Notes: a model not told the origin generated them from the sequence alone. Shown: positions 35,516 to 49,505, numbered from the whole stretch's first letter. The stretch is 60,685 bases of DNA, filler included, from Sphacelaria rigidula (GCA_964200075.2; 6 parts of 6 records of this genome joined end to end with filler, not necessarily neighbours in it); one strand, 5' to 3'. Program-made: numbers and translations.

Positions 35516-36229
35516 CTACAACAATCACCAACATCAAAAAAAGGGAACGGGAAAATATGCGACATGCAGGGATTTCGGAGGTCAGTGCCGGAGCTTCAAA
35601 GTCATCTCATGTGACCGCGATTGGCTTCGTATCGGACCAGCTTATGTACTGTAATGTGGGACAATCCTTGAACCAATGGACCGATCATTCTGCAGCGGTT
35701 CATCACTGGGGTAGGAAACACATTGGGGTGCACGATGATTTGATGAAAATTCGTATGGCGAAACAAGGACGATACTAGACCAAACACGCTGCATCGTCCA
35801 AACAACGTGCCCTCGGAGGGTTGAAGCGACCCGTTAACCCACTAGCGTATGTACAACAATAGTAGTAATGTAGTCTCGTAGTCCCTTGAGATGCCCCCCG
35901 CCGTGAAACATTATTGCCTCACGCATGCAACTACTCTTGTACCAATGTCTCCAACATTTCTAGAGTAGTGTACCGACGTATCGAAATAGCTGGATCGGGT
36001 GGCCGTCTGTCTGACGTCACTTGGTTGATCCATTTATTATTCGATATCATCTGATCCACCGTCAATTCCGCAAGATTGACTAACAACTAGAATAGACAAT
36101 CAAGTCACGTACACATCACGTACAAATGTTGTACGCAAGTTGGATACTGAAACACTTGTAAAACAAGACTTGTCGTTGTCAAGGCAGGCAGGAACCACGA
36201 AAAAAGGGGTGAGAAAAGTTAGAGGCAGG

Positions 36230-36264
36230 AATATCGAATATCGAATATCGAATATCGAATATCG
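36230..36264. repeat. (AATATCG)n heptamer repeat
   Basis: Five tandem units. Confidence 0.9.
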
Positions 36265-37372
36265 GATACCCACCCCCTCGCATACCGTAGCCACTCCAAA
36301 TCTGAGACTGCAGCACTGCAGCTTTTCCAGAGCCTCCGCAGTGACGGACCGGCCCTCACTCTCTCACTCTCTCAGTCCCTCCGTCCACATGCACATGCAC
36401 ATGTGATCAGTAGCCGCCACCCGAAGCGACAAGCACTCCGAGAACCACCTCCGGACACATGGCAACCATACCATATCATGCACGCTAGCCAACACGTACA
36501 CACTTTCCAGTATGAACAACCCCTAGGAAGGGTACTGGATGTGACTTATCGCCGCGCTGACCACTCCGATCGCCAAACTGCTATACTTGGCATCAGCATT
36601 ATATCCACACCGGGAGGAATGAATGTGGCAGAAATTGACGGGTTGGACTCTGACTCTCAACAACACAGTCCGGTATTCTCGTTTTCGTTCTCTGTAAAAC
36701 GTGAGGACGGAATTTGGAAAATGATCTCAATAAAAGTTATTGGGCTACGGAAGTGCTGACGTAGTAATGGATAACAACCAGCAAGCCCGGTACCGGGGGA
36801 GATATGGCTTAGTCTCTTGACAAAACGGACTCGTCACGGTGAAGGTGAAGGTGAAGGTGACGTGGGACACGACACATTTCATGTTCCGGCATAAACACCT
36901 TGGTGACGTCATTAACTCCCTCCCTGAAAAACTGCGATATGGATTATGACCCCGCTCCGATCCACTACGATATGGATAATGACTCTCGTACCCAACCTTA
37001 TTCTTGTGTGGGGAGGTGGGAGTCGAAAGAACAACACAAAAAAAGGACAGACGAAGGAGCAAGCCGCACACCTTGCACGGTTTGAGCTGGCCCCGCATTT
37101 TGCTAGGATTTATTTCAATAGCACAGTATGGCCGATTTATTCCGCCGGCACCTTTTCTTCGCCGTTTGCTGTATGCACACTCTCTCTCGGACCACAGTCG
37201 GTATGAGATACCTTGACTAACTACATTTGCAGGCGTGAAACCTTGGCAAGCTACGTACCCCAGAGTGCCATTGAAACCAACACCGTATACTTTCTCCTGG
37301 CCACTGCACAAAGCAAAAACCACAGAAGGATTCCGAGTTAATTCGTGTGCTGTCGATCCATTTCTTTCTCAC

Positions 37373-37459
37373 CTGGCTCATGCAAGTGTGGTTGGCCAGC
37401 ATGAGGCCGCTGACCTTGTGTGCCGTCTCCACGTACGGTGACTTCCGCGATAATGCCAC
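37373..37459 (-). CDS. TUBG: Gamma-tubulin exon
   Basis: CAG|...|[34 protein letters not shown], a gamma-tubulin signature segment. Confidence 0.97.
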
Positions 37460-37691
37460 CTGTCGCCAACGCACCAACACACAAAACAACACACCAGAAC
37501 AACCCGGAGGACGACAAACACCCAGTTCAAACAAGGCCGCCGTCGGGGAATCGCGACCAGACGATATCAGCGAGGTAGGACAAAGCCTAGATGCTGTTGG
37601 GTCCCAAAATTACAACAAGAGCACATCCACTTGGCAGGTCACAGGTGTGTATGGTCAGCACAACCATAATACACCTTAGCAACCTCAAACA

Positions 37692-37723
<32 letters not shown>

Positions 37724-38387
37724 GTTGTTTTCAGTGGTCCAGGTGACAAAAAGCACCAAGCTAGAAATACGTACGATGGGTTCATGGGAAATAACAATGA
37801 GGTCACTGTCCCCACGTTTGATGCTACCCTATTATAGTACACGAAGAGCAGTCGAGGACCGGCTGCATGTGTGCAGCAAGATCTGAGGTGAGACGAACAA
37901 TGCTTAGCAGGATTGAAATTTTCCATTTCTCTCTAGAGCAACGCGCGTGCACAAGGAGAGTCCTTGGTGAACCTTGCACGTTACGGGTAGGACAGCTAGC
38001 TGTATTGAAATTATGTACCCTCAAGGCGCACAAGTTTTGCAGTCAATAGGCTTCAGTGCAGGGCAGCCTCTGCACACACCACGTTTTGTTATCACTTCCG
38101 TCACACATTGACACATACATTCAGCCCTTGGTATTTCCCTCATCAACCTATCTCTCGCTCGGTCCATGCATTGGCACTAACAAGTGGTTTCCCCTCTTTA
38201 AGGCGGTAGATCAAAGGTACTGCAAGTGTTGTCAAGTGGGTAGCGTTCAATCCTATCGTAGCCCGAGCCCAACTTACAGCCGGTCAATTGTTGCCTGCAC
38301 GATACCGCACCAAGAGGGAGCTTAGACCCCCACGGTACCGTTACCATAGTTCGAGTAGTTTGAGTAGGGCGATCCATTATACTACAC

Positions 38388-38462
38388 CTGAATACTCGCT
38401 GGTCCCCACGGAATGAAGCTGACGAGTTTTCGTTCTCGAATCCGTTGGAGAGCCTTGTGCAC
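38388..38462 (-). CDS. TUBG: Gamma-tubulin exon
   Basis: CAG|...|[27 protein letters not shown]. Confidence 0.97.
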
Positions 38463-38819
38463 CTGTTGCATATCGAGGCCCACGATTCGGCACACACATG
38501 GAACAAGCCACGCAGAGGCCACGAAGAGGCAAATGACATGCAGTATCACATCTTGCGGGTGGACTGTTGCCTCTGCTCTACTTCGGAGGTTCGTTCTTCC
38601 CTTACTACCTCAGTTATCCCCTTGGTACTCCCCAAAGCACAAACACACATGAACCGTGAGACAGAGAAAAAATGCGGTCTTCGCACAGTTTTTATGTTTT
38701 CTTCGTTATCTAGCTTTCCCGTTTACTCTGTGCTCTCTCTCCCCATCTTCGTTTTCTCCCTTTTTTCAGCCTTTTCAGCCGCTGTTTCCGTTTTTATTTA
38801 CCGCGGGTACGTCTGTCCA

Positions 38820-39000
38820 AATCCTCTTTGTGACCTTCCTCCTCTGTCACCCCGACCGGTGTTCCCACACATGCCGAAAGGGGTAGACTGGTGTCCGGAA
38901 TAAATGAGAGGAGAATACACGCACACGAACACACCAAAATGAACACACACGTCCACTTGTGACGGCGACCGGATCCTGGGGGACGGACGATCAACCAATC
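38820..39000 (+). mobile_element. 3' part of a SINE family A relative, opposite orientation
   Basis: TGACCTTCCTCCTCTGTCACCCCGACCGGTG..CCGAAAGGGGTAGACTGGTGTCC is the reverse complement of the SINE A body. A similar fragment lies at ~28470-28570. Confidence 0.65.
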
Positions 39001-40136
39001 AAGATTGACCAATCAACGACAACGCTCCATGATAGAGTGAGGACCGGTGAAAGGAGCACAAAATACACTAGTCCGCGGGTGCACGGCGGCAGCGCAGTAA
39101 GCACAACTCGTGACATAGGTGTCGGGCCATTTGTGAAGGAAAGGGGATTTTTCTTTGTTGGACTCTTGCCTGGCTCTACATATGACATCGTTTTTGACCC
39201 GCACACAAGAATCATCGTCTCCACACTTGCGCAGTATCTCGAAGTCATATGCACCATTTTTGGTTGATATTTTGCACTACTGTAGCATTTACCTCGCACC
39301 CACATTTACTCGCAATATCCACCGTCAGCTCTCACCACCACACTGTTGAAAGGAATCAGCCTACATCATATTATGATCACCCACAATTCATGCTCGGAGA
39401 CCCACGGGACACCCTGTCACAACGCCTGCCCAGCAGGACCCTCACACATATCCCACGCTCTATGCCCAAGTGGTCTCACATGTTCATGCTTCAAGGATGG
39501 GGTGCGGGCACGGCGGAGTATTCAAGGTACTCTACATTGAACCGTTATCATTCTTCTCACACGACACCGTAGGAACCCTGCAATACTCAGTATTGAGGAG
39601 GTCGATACTCCAGGTACACTAGGGGTACCCTACGGCAGTCACCACTGCAAATAGCCAGGAGACCATGCGGTACGGCATGGCCACAGTTGAAGCTCCGCGC
39701 AACGAAATCTGAGTGGCAGGTGCCTACGGCGCCCTTCATGGCAGCACCGTGTCCTGTCAGCACTACTATAGTACCGCGCGAGCCGACGCTGCGTGAACGT
39801 CGCACGACCTGATCCGCATCACCATCGCGTACATGCTTGCCATACCTTCACGTCGTGTGAAGATATTCGAGCATAGAACGCGCCGTTCCGTTGGTATTTC
39901 TTTACACATGCTGCCACTGACAGAATTGCTCGAACCTGGTCAACTTCATAGCAAAACCAAATAGCCCCAAATCCTCGTAGAACTGGTACTTAAATGCGCC
40001 GCTCCACTGACGCACCGTGAGGTACATTGCCTTCAAACCTCGCCTTCATGACATGTGTGGAGCAAAAGACGTGGAGCAAAAACAAAAATCAGCATGGCCA
40101 CGCATCACGTAGTGTATGTATGCACTGCCTACTTGC

Positions 40137-40280
40137 CTGAGTGGGATCCACCTCTCCCTGAATGATGTTGAGGATGGAGATGTAGCACCCCTTTTTCGTA
40201 CTGGCAGAGACCATGATGTTCTTCGTCTGGGTCAGTCGCCGCATAACATCTAGTACTGTCGTGCGTCGAACTGCACTTGT
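40137..40280 (-). CDS. TUBG: Gamma-tubulin exon followed by a GC donor; upstream exons lie outside this contig
   Basis: [57 protein letters not shown]. Confidence 0.97.
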
Positions 40281-40344
40281 CTGTCCGTCAAAACGTACCC
40301 CCGAAAGGCGTTCACCAACGACAAGGAAAACGGAGGGCGCGCGC

Positions 40345-40426
40345 GCGCGGGGGGGGGGGGGGTGTACTCATGATCATGCATGCAGTAGTCATGAGGCCGT
40401 TGACTTCGCATCCCTACAAAGCCGGG
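40345..40426 (-). mobile_element. LINE-tail fragment at the contig end
   Basis: G-run + TGTACTCATGATCATGCATGCAGTAGTCATGAGGCCGTTGACTTCGCATCCCTACAAAGCCGGG. Confidence 0.7.
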
Positions 40427-40526
40427 NNNNNNNNNNNNNNNNNNNNNNNNNNNNNNNNNNNNNNNNNNNNTTAATTAATTAANNNNNNNNNNNNNNNNNN
40501 NNNNNNNNNNNNNNNNNNNNNNNNNN
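40427..40526. other. Artificial contig linker
   Basis: 100 nt N/TTAATTAATTAA/N. Confidence 0.97.
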
Positions 40527-40699
40527 AAGTTGGGTTGCCCACTTGAGCCTCAATTCAGAGTTAAACCTCAATTCTCACAATTTGCTGTTCAGTGCTCAAA
40601 GAACGGAACATAAATCGACAAGTAGTTACCGTTCGTATTAGAAAAACAATGCGCATGGAACGCTTTGCAGATTGGAAAGTACGGATTTTGATGAAAATA

Positions 40700-43550
40700 A
40701 ACTTCTCCGGGCCCCATTTCTGTGGTACCAGCCTGTCAAAAGTCTTTCCTCGTTCATCAATGCCTGGCTGGGGGACAGGAAAGCCGTTCCCCTTCAGCCG
40801 ATGCCACATACTCGGCCTCGATGATGGACAAGGTAACGGAGTGTTGCGTGCGACTGGTAGGGGATACTGACACTCCTCCGCACATAGCCGCTACCCTGGA
40901 AGCCGATCGCCTGTCCGTCTCTTTCGTTGCGTAGTCGGCATCGCAGTTCACCGAGAGCACATTCTCTCCAGAAATGAACGACAAACCGTAGGGCTCACTC
41001 ATATTCAGGCAAAACGTCTAAGACTCCTTCCAAGTGCCTCTCACATGAATCATGTTACTATTGAGGCAGAGCTCGGGCTGCATCGGCTACGTCGGGCCTA
41101 GTCACAACAGCCAACGAGAGCAATCCTACAGTAGGGGTTGCACTTTTTGTCTCTGGGTCTTTTTGTAGGAGCCCAAATATATGGGGCTTACTGTAGCAAA
41201 TAAAATCTCCGGGAAACGGACTCCCAGAAACACGGTGTTCGCACGCAGGGGCTTTTCGTGATTCGGCATCATTTTCAGTCAAGTAAAAGTGATGACGATT
41301 CTTGAAAGGATCCGTCCAACACCCCGAGCAGCCCCGAAAACGTTTCGCTAAAAAACTGCAACCCCCATCGTAGCATTACTCACCACATCAACCCTCCTAC
41401 TGCACTGGGTTATGGTTTATTCACCACCGGGTCTTCCTGCTTCACTGATGCCAAGTCTGCAGAAGTTGAGGCGAAGATATGAGATAAATTCGTGACCTCG
41501 AACCGCTTCGAAAGGGTGTCAATAAAACCTGTTTGATTCACGTACATCGTACCCCTTTTCCAGTCCCTTCCTATGGCACACCCCATGTACTACTGAACTT
41601 CTCCGAGCTTGTTCCTTGGGAATATCTTGTTGAGGGTATCACAATCGTTCCTCCACTCTTCATGTTTCTCCTCCAATCAAGATGTCTATATGCACAACTA
41701 GTATAACGCACACACACTCCCCCTTTCCTCCTTCTTGAACACGCAAGGGTCAGCTTTGCTTTGCGACATCCCTGCGCCGTCCGTCAGAGTTTTGCTGAAG
41801 AGTTGCCTCCCTGCCTGCTTGATGCCATAATATACAGATCTCGCGAGTTTCACCGTACAGTATTACCCGTCAGGGGGCCACACCCCTCTGTGAGCTTCAT
41901 AAACACATCCGTGTCAATTCTACCTCGTGCAAAAGTATGGATAACAAAGTGATACAGTGGCCATCCTTCCTGCACTGCGTTGGACATGACCACTTTTATC
42001 GACGTCAGGGCTGGAGTGGCTGCTAAAGTCTCGAAGTAGTCTACAGAAAATCTCTGCCCAAATCCATGCGCGACAAGTCTCGTCTACGCTTTGGTGATTA
42101 ATCCGTTAACATCGGTTTTGCAGCTGAACGCCCGATTTACTTTATTACGTTCACCCCTCCTGGGATTTCGTCACTCGAGAACGCACCGGCACTTTTATGC
42201 CCATTCAGCTCTACACGCATAGCACACTACCATACTTCTTTGTACTCCGACTTTCCACATCATCTACCGTCACGGGGGGACGGACTCTCGATATCTCTTA
42301 CATGCAGGCCGATGAGGGAACCCAAACCAAAGCTGAGCTCTCCCTCTATTTTTTCTGCCACAAGACAAGAACATTTTTGCTCTGCGAAAGTCTCCTCGAT
42401 CACCAGGGCTAGGCTGCCTCCAGCCTCCGGTCCGGCTGCTGCAGTGATCAAGCCTGTCGTCTCGAATCTTTCACGGTTCAGACGAATCATCGCCGGTTCG
42501 AATCATCAAATCCACGACTTTTCGGGTCTGGGTGTTCAAGAGAAAAAAATTGACCGCTGGTCAAAAATGTCTTGACGCATTTTTTGCGCCACTCCACGCG
42601 CCTGGGCTGCGCGTACCTGGGTTGCAACGCTGAAAACAAAGTCTAAGGATTGATTCGTACGGTACGAACTAATCACACTAAAATCAAGTATTTTCCAGAC
42701 GAATCATTCATTCGTCCGACCCTTGGAATCTTTCCCCCGCCATTCCGTACAGTACTGTTTCCGCTTCCGCTCTTGTCATCAGGGGGGGGGGGGGAGTATT
42801 CCTCTGTTTGCGCCTCCAGGAGTATCTCCATGTCCTATATCGCGGTTCCTAACCCTTCCGGACCAGCTGCTGCTCTTATCACGCTTCGCGTGCGACCTGC
42901 CATTTGGGGAGGCAGAGACAACTCATCGTTGAGTGTAAGACGGCGTAGCTCCGTCCTTGGGAGTTCAAGAGCTCAACCGCCTCCCCCGTCGTTGCGCTCG
43001 TGGGGGTGTCGACGTTTGTCGGCGGCAATAATAACGGGATTGTTGATGATCGGGTCGCAAGTGAGTGCGGTGTCGGTGATGCGGGTGGCTGCTCTCTGTC
43101 GGCGCTGTTGGTGTTGGCGGTGCTGCTAATGATGGTGTTGCCGGCGCTGCTGCTGTCGGCGTGGACGGGGGTGTTGTCGGCGCTACCGACGACGGCTGTG
43201 GAGGCGGCGCCGAGTCCCGATCATCGAAGGGACCTGGAACGGGATTTTGTGAAATCGCCCCGCCTTCCCCGCCTTCTCAATGAGACGGTGAAGTAATTTC
43301 ACCCCATCCCCGCCATCAACGGGTGCTCGCGGTATGGCATCGCCTGTCCTCCCTTCGGACTTAGGTGACGAGAATGACACATGGTGGGAACTGCGTGGTG
43401 AAGCGCCCACGGCTGGGGTTTGCTGTACGGATTCGCCTCCGGCCGGCCCTCCTTTGATGTGATCATCCCTCGCTCCGCCGGGCGTTAGGCTCGCTTGTTT
43501 GAAGGGGGGTTTACTCGGAAGGCCGAGTTTTCTCCTTATAACCTTCTTGT
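40700..43550 (-). mobile_element. Decayed Ty1/copia LTR-retrotransposon pol (RT + RNase H); boundaries approximate
   Basis: RT remnants CKTDVNGLITKA*TRLVAHGFGQRFSVDYFET..TPALTSIKVV (~41990-42125). RNase H CDADYATKETDRRSAS..SRTQHSVTLSIIEAEYVA (40757-41002). Many stops and frameshifts. Confidence 0.85.
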
Positions 43551-43979
43551 GTATTCCGTCTCAGGCACAGGATGAGATGGGCTATAAAGTTAATTAGAGA
43601 GCACTGAGGTAATGCTATAACTCGATAGATTGTAGAAGACAGGGAGAAGCCGACGAGTGGTTTGGGTAGAGCCGTGTCCACGGCTCGGCTCGGCTACTGC
43701 ACTGTACTGCATTTGCACACACTTGACTGTCAGTACTCGTGCGTCACCTCGATCCCCTGTTCTAGTAAGATCCGGTACGACTGAGGGTTTATCTGAGTCA
43801 TTCGAACAGGACAAGCAGCGGTATGGTGGTAGTAGTATTTGAAAAATGAGGAGCGAGAGGAATACAACCACGGAGACTATTATGCAGCTATCCATTACTA
43901 CTGTACCAGCACCCCGCAGAGCTCATGCGGATCATATACCGTATTTTAATACTTTGAACGCACTGGACAACATACATAT

Positions 43980-44124
43980 ATATATGGCTAATGGTTGAGA
44001 TAGACAAAACAATTACTGCGTAAAGTATAGTCCTATTGCAACAACTGCCGGCGGTTGCGATAGACCTGTACTTTACGCGGTAACGTTTTTTTTGCCTTGC
44101 TACTATAGACTATCGGCCATATAT
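43980..44124. repeat. Imperfect fold-back, probably a small MITE
   Basis: TTACTGCGTAAAGTATAGTCCTATTGCAAC pairs with GTTGCGATAGACCTGTACTTTACGCGGTAA. Outer ends TATATGGC / GCCATATA. Confidence 0.7.
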
Positions 44125-46131
44125 TTGTGGTTCGGTGTGATATTCCTAGCGGGGCGGTATGGGCCGTGGCAGGTATGAGAAGCCCCTTCCTGGTCAAATG
44201 TGAACTGTCACATGCTACCTCAAGCTCTCAAGCTCTGGCATCGGGCAGAGAGGCCTTGAGAACCCGGAGCAAGAAGGGATCGTTCTCGGGCAATTAATCG
44301 GTGAGGATAAGCCATATTGATTTTTGAGCACGCCGAAACTCAGGGTTCTTCCGACACTATGTCACACAGACTGCGTATTTGCACAACTGCCTTCATTGTC
44401 TGTCGCGGTACTGACCATACTGCACTCGATGGATTCAGCAATCATGTTCTCAAAAGCTGCGGGGACCGCGTGGCCGTCGTTTCATCGTCGGGAAGAATGT
44501 TCAAACTCAGTATCTCGTATGATTGTAGATCCTTGCTTTTCAAGGGCATCGAGATAGAGAATCTTTACTACCGGGTGGAACAGGGGTGTTATATCCCGTC
44601 ATCTTCTGCTATGCTTCAAGTCGCCAGAAAAGACGCCGCGGCTGTTAAAGGGGAGGAGGAGATGTGATGGGATCTGCGAAGAGGCGGCCTATTTAAGATA
44701 GCACCAGTCACAGTGCGGTGCCTCTTATCACCGTGCACCCCGCGCTCTCTATCTTGCGGGCTTCGTCTGTGCAGAACGCGCGTAGCCCATATGTAACCGT
44801 TCCAACACAGATGGCCGGTTATGGATGTACGCCCCTCCAACCCATACAGTACTAGTACACACCGAAAGACCTTCGAACGCACAAAACGATGCCATGGGTA
44901 GGGGCTTAACGTCGGGGTCCGCTGTAAAGCTTGGGATAGACTGATAACCGTGATGCGAACCATACGTGCACATAGAGTACATGCATAACGCACCCGCAGC
45001 ACCACAAATACGGGGTGAAAATCTTGGTGTGTACAGGTGTGTATCAATCAACAACCACAGGTGCAGATGGTGTTGAATCGGCCAAGGAATTGTGTGTACG
45101 AGCTGGACCAGACAACAATTGGGGGTTTTCTCGCTCAGGCGACGCACGGCGCATCATTCAGAGTTGGACGCCGAAATGTTGACATCAGCTTTTTATGACC
45201 GACATAAAGAACATCACTTGAGCAGCAAAGAAAAAATGAAAAAACAGGAAGTTATGTGGATTTGAAATTTCAGCAAAAACAAGATAATGTCACGAGTCCA
45301 GCAAAAAAATGGGAATCTGCAGCTGCTCACGGCACGTATCATTCCCTTAGGTGCAGAAGGTCTTGGTGAAATTTCAGTTCAAGAGTCGTCGAATTGGGCC
45401 GTGCGTGCAACGTTTTGCGTGACGCTGCTGCACCCCAGTAATACCTAGTGCGGGGTGATTGCTGAAGTGAACCCACCGCATTAAAAAAAGAAAAAAAAAT
45501 CGACACGCTATCGCCCAACGATAAGAGGCGCACCCCGTACTCTATGCAGTACAGTGACGTCATCGGCAATACGACGCCAATCGAATAGCGACGCAGTCCT
45601 TTGTCATCAGGTGGGTCTGCAGTTCACAGTTATATGACAACATCTGGTTTATTCGGGAAACGGGGAAAGCTGTGGTGTGAGCGCAATTTTCCCGCTTTTA
45701 AGCTGGCCCAGCTCGTACCAACAGGCCGCGAGTCACCGACCCACCCCCTTCGGAGGCTGCTGAGAGAATGATGAAAAATCTACGGCAAGAGCCGTATTAT
45801 TCCCGATTCTCCCCTGGTTCCCGTCGTTGAACAACGCCATCGCCCAGGGACCGCCTGTGCGTAAGCGGCTCAAAATCTACGAGATTTGATGTCTGTCCTG
45901 TGTTGGTGCAAGGTTTTTTTTGTTACACTTCGGACACCTCCCCATCCTCGGGACGAGTCCGTGGTCTCAGGGGATCACCCCATCTATCCCCGGTACACGC
46001 CTTGCATTCGGGTCTCGCAAATAGAGTCTGCGCCGACAACATTCTGCGTTCAGGGTCGAAATGGTCAGAATAAAGCACCGATGTCCACTTTTGGATCATG
46101 ACGTTTTATTAATATAGCTCCATGTCCATCG

Positions 46132-46452
46132 AAGGCTAGTTTATCGGCGTCGGGCTACAAATGTCCATGGTTGACACAATTTTACAAGTAACGCTGCCCC
46201 TAATCCTAACCCCAACCCAACGCATACTGAGAACCCTCGCGTAAGGGTGGCACATATATTCCATGGGCAAAGTGCGGCCTTGGTAGACTCCAAATCGGCG
46301 CTTCTGGCGCCGATTTCAACAAAAACGCGTTCTGCGCCCGCGAGGAGCACACGGGACTGTCAGCCCTACCAAAATTCCGATTCTCGTTGTACACACTACA
46401 ATAAAGTGATCAACCATGAACATTTGTAGCCCAACGTCGGTGAACTCTACTG
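46132..46452. mobile_element. Non-autonomous TIR element, CAG..CTG family
   Basis: Left AAGGCTAGTTTATCGGCGTCGGGCTACAAATGTCCATGGTTGA vs right reverse complement CAGTAGAGTTCACCGACGTTGGGCTACAAATGTTCATGGTTGA. Right subterminal block shared with 56290-56430, ~59905-60000 and 60445-60600. Confidence 0.8.
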
Positions 46453-47059
46453 GCCCACGATATCGCTTGACCTTTGTCTTCGGGTGAAATAACTTGGATT
46501 CAGTGCGGTCTAGAAATTATTTGATTCCAGTGCGGTCAATAGTGCGCTCAACAGCTACTTGGCTTCATTGTGATCGCTATGCGCTTGCCTCGGCCCCTGC
46601 TGCGGTTGAGGTATCGCACTGCACTTTTCCCCCTTGGAATGTCCTCGCACTGTTCGTGACTAACTGTCGCCAATATTCATGGTGTTCACGGGGGTACCCA
46701 CCGGTGAAAGCTGGGGTATTATACCCTTCCTCTCCCGTGCTGAGCTCTTCGTACATTTGGAGAGCAGCAGCTCCTGACCTGCAATTGGTGGGGGCCCTTG
46801 TATCCGCCAGTCTCGCGCCGGCCATTCATGTTCTATTTTTACACCGGTTCAAACTCCTTCGTATCTTCGTGGATGGTGACGAATGTCAGCGGTTTCATAT
46901 GCTGTACCCTGCATACTTGACTCCGACGTCTTCAGAGCAAATACAGCTCCCAACGAGTGTGACTGATCGTGAGAACGAAGTGGCTTAACCCGCACGTGCG
47001 AGGGAAACACAGTATGTAGATTTCGCCTCCTCAAAGCAGCTAAGTTTCTTCGGCGGAGA

Positions 47060-49505
47060 GGGGGGGGATACTTATTTGTTGCTTGCCTTAGTCGTCTGAC
47101 CATTGACCACGCATCCCTTTCGAGACGGAGCACCGTTCCTACTCCTAATAGAGACACCTTCAGCATTCCGGCGCCCATTACGTTTTTTCCATACATTACG
47201 CAAAAACCTTTCACATATCTTATCCCCGTCCTGTTTCACCGTCTGTGGCCACCATGTATCTCCTAGTATAGCCATTGTTTTTTCGCTGCTGTCGAATGCA
47301 TCCAACGATTCCATCCCACCTTCGTTCACGTCCCGCATTTCCCCCTCTAGCACGTCTCGTTCCTCCTTGTGTAGTTCACATTCTGCCACAATATGACTTC
47401 TGCTCTATGTTTCTTTGCCACAGAGGCAGTTCTGTGCATCTACTTCCCTGTCCTTTCGACTACTGGTATATCTCTTTCTTCTTTCTGGCAGGTCCAGGTC
47501 CCCCACCCGGAATCGCAGTTTCAATTTTTTCGCCGCGTCCATGGAGCCATGCAGATATATGTTTTCATTCCGATCCCCTCCCTCAACCCCTCGTATATCT
47601 CCAGGTGTTCTTCCTCGTCTACCTTGCGTCTGAGCGCTCCTTTTTCCCTTATTTCTACCAAGCCTCTTATTTTTGTCTTGTACCCCGTGCCTTCACCCAT
47701 GGACGGTATCCCGTCTTGGTTTCCTCCTATCCTTCCATACTTTCTCGACTTCGTTATCCCACCTTATAGCATATCCTTTCGTACTTTCCTTCCATACAGC
47801 CTCATCAACTATTGTTGGCAATCTCTTTCCCCGCGTGTCCCTTACGCTATATTTCCATCTCAATTTCCTCATGTCTCTGTTTCAAGTGAGTACATTCCCA
47901 ACTCTGCTCTCAATGCTGTATTACTCGTCGTTTTCAAGCATCCAAGTATCTTTTTAGCTGCTGCCGTCTGTACTGCTTCTGACTTCTTCATCAACTTCAC
48001 GTTCCCCTCTCATACTTCTTCTGCATATTCCAGCTTTGGTACGATCACCTTCATCAGGACACATCTCTTAATCCTAGTGTCTAGGTGCGAATCTCTGAGG
48101 CTCACGTCCATCCTTCCTATATATGTCTTACCCTTTTCTATTACTTTATTCATGTGTTCATCCCAAGAACAGTGTTTTGAGATCTCTACGCCAAGGCATG
48201 TATACTGGTCTATGACCGGCAGTTCCTCTTTTCCCCACTTCCATTTGAGATATACCGGATTTTGCTTATCTTCGTTACAGACGAGTACCGCGCATTTGTT
48301 GACGTTCGCTGTCACTGTCCATTTCCTTGTGTATTCTTGCGCCCTTTCTGTTCTGTTTTTGCAATCCTTCTGGTGTTTCTGAAATCCCCCCAAAATCATC
48401 TGCGAACATCAATCCTGATATTACATCTTTACCCACCTTGACTCCTTGATTTGCTGCTTCGATTGCCATCAAGTCGTTGATGAATGCCTTGAACAAAGTG
48501 GGTGTTAGCGTACATCCTTGTGCAACTCCTTGTAAACTATCAAAATATTTCTATATTTCCCCGTCTAGCATCATGGCGCTTTTGGCACATTCTTTACCTT
48601 TCTCCACATCTTTCCTCTGATCCAGCTTCCCTCAACTTTTTCCGTAGCCCATTTCTCCATACTGTGTCATAAGCCCGTTGTCAACCCGGCGTCTTTCCTA
48701 CCCTAAATAATCTTACTTAGTGTGTACACATGGTCTACGCAACTACGGTTTGGTCTGAAACCTGCTTGTTCCTCGCTGTTTTTGTCGTCCTTTTCTAGCA
48801 TTTTTTCCTACTCCATCATTCAGAATTTTACAGAACGTTTCCCTACCGTGCTGAGCAGCGTGATCCCTCTAAAGTTACCTGGGTCATCCTTGTCTCCTTT
48901 TTTGAGAAGGTTGACGACCGCTCCTTCTCTCCACCTATTGGTGCGTACACGTTTTCTCAGATCCAGTTGAACAGCATAGCCATCATGGTAACATTTCTTC
49001 CCCCCCCCCCCCCCCCCCCCCCCCCCCACCCACCCCCATCCTCCTTCTCCCCCCCCCCCCCCCCTTTCTTTTTTTTTTTNNNNNNNNNNCACTCCTCCCT
49101 CCCGTTTTCTCACACCCCCTCCAACCCCAATACCCCACTTTTACTCTTTTCTCCCCCCCCCCCCCCCCCCCCATGCTTCAGAAATCCATTCACTATTTCG
49201 TCTGCCCCTGCTGCCTTCTTGTTCTTGGATTTAGCTACGCACTCCTTTACTTCATCTATGGTAAATTCTCTCTGCAATTATTTCGAGCCACTATCCTCCC
49301 GTACTTTGACGTCTCTACATTTGCTTCTGCCCACTCGTTGATTTTTTTTTATTCCTTGTCGAACTTCGTGTTAGTTTTTGGTGTTCCTAGTTTACCGTAG
49401 TGCTCGACTAGCACTTCTCTGTTCCCCTTCGAACTGCTGAACCATTTTACCGTTCTGTGCCCGTAGTGTGGCTATCCCGTTGTCTATCTTTCTCGCCCGG
49501 TTTCC
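47060..49505 (-). mobile_element. 5'-truncated, decayed non-LTR retrotransposon (LINE) reverse transcriptase region
   Basis: EFTIDEVKECVAKSKNKKAAGADEIVN; WREGAVVNLLKKGDKDDPGNFRGITLLSTVGK; QGCTLTPTLFKAFINDL; LMFADD; YTCLGVEI. The ORF end KASNK* is followed by a C-run. Confidence 0.92.

Noticed and set aside
47393-48382. 329-aa plus-strand ORF
   Set aside because: Antisense to the LINE reverse transcriptase region.
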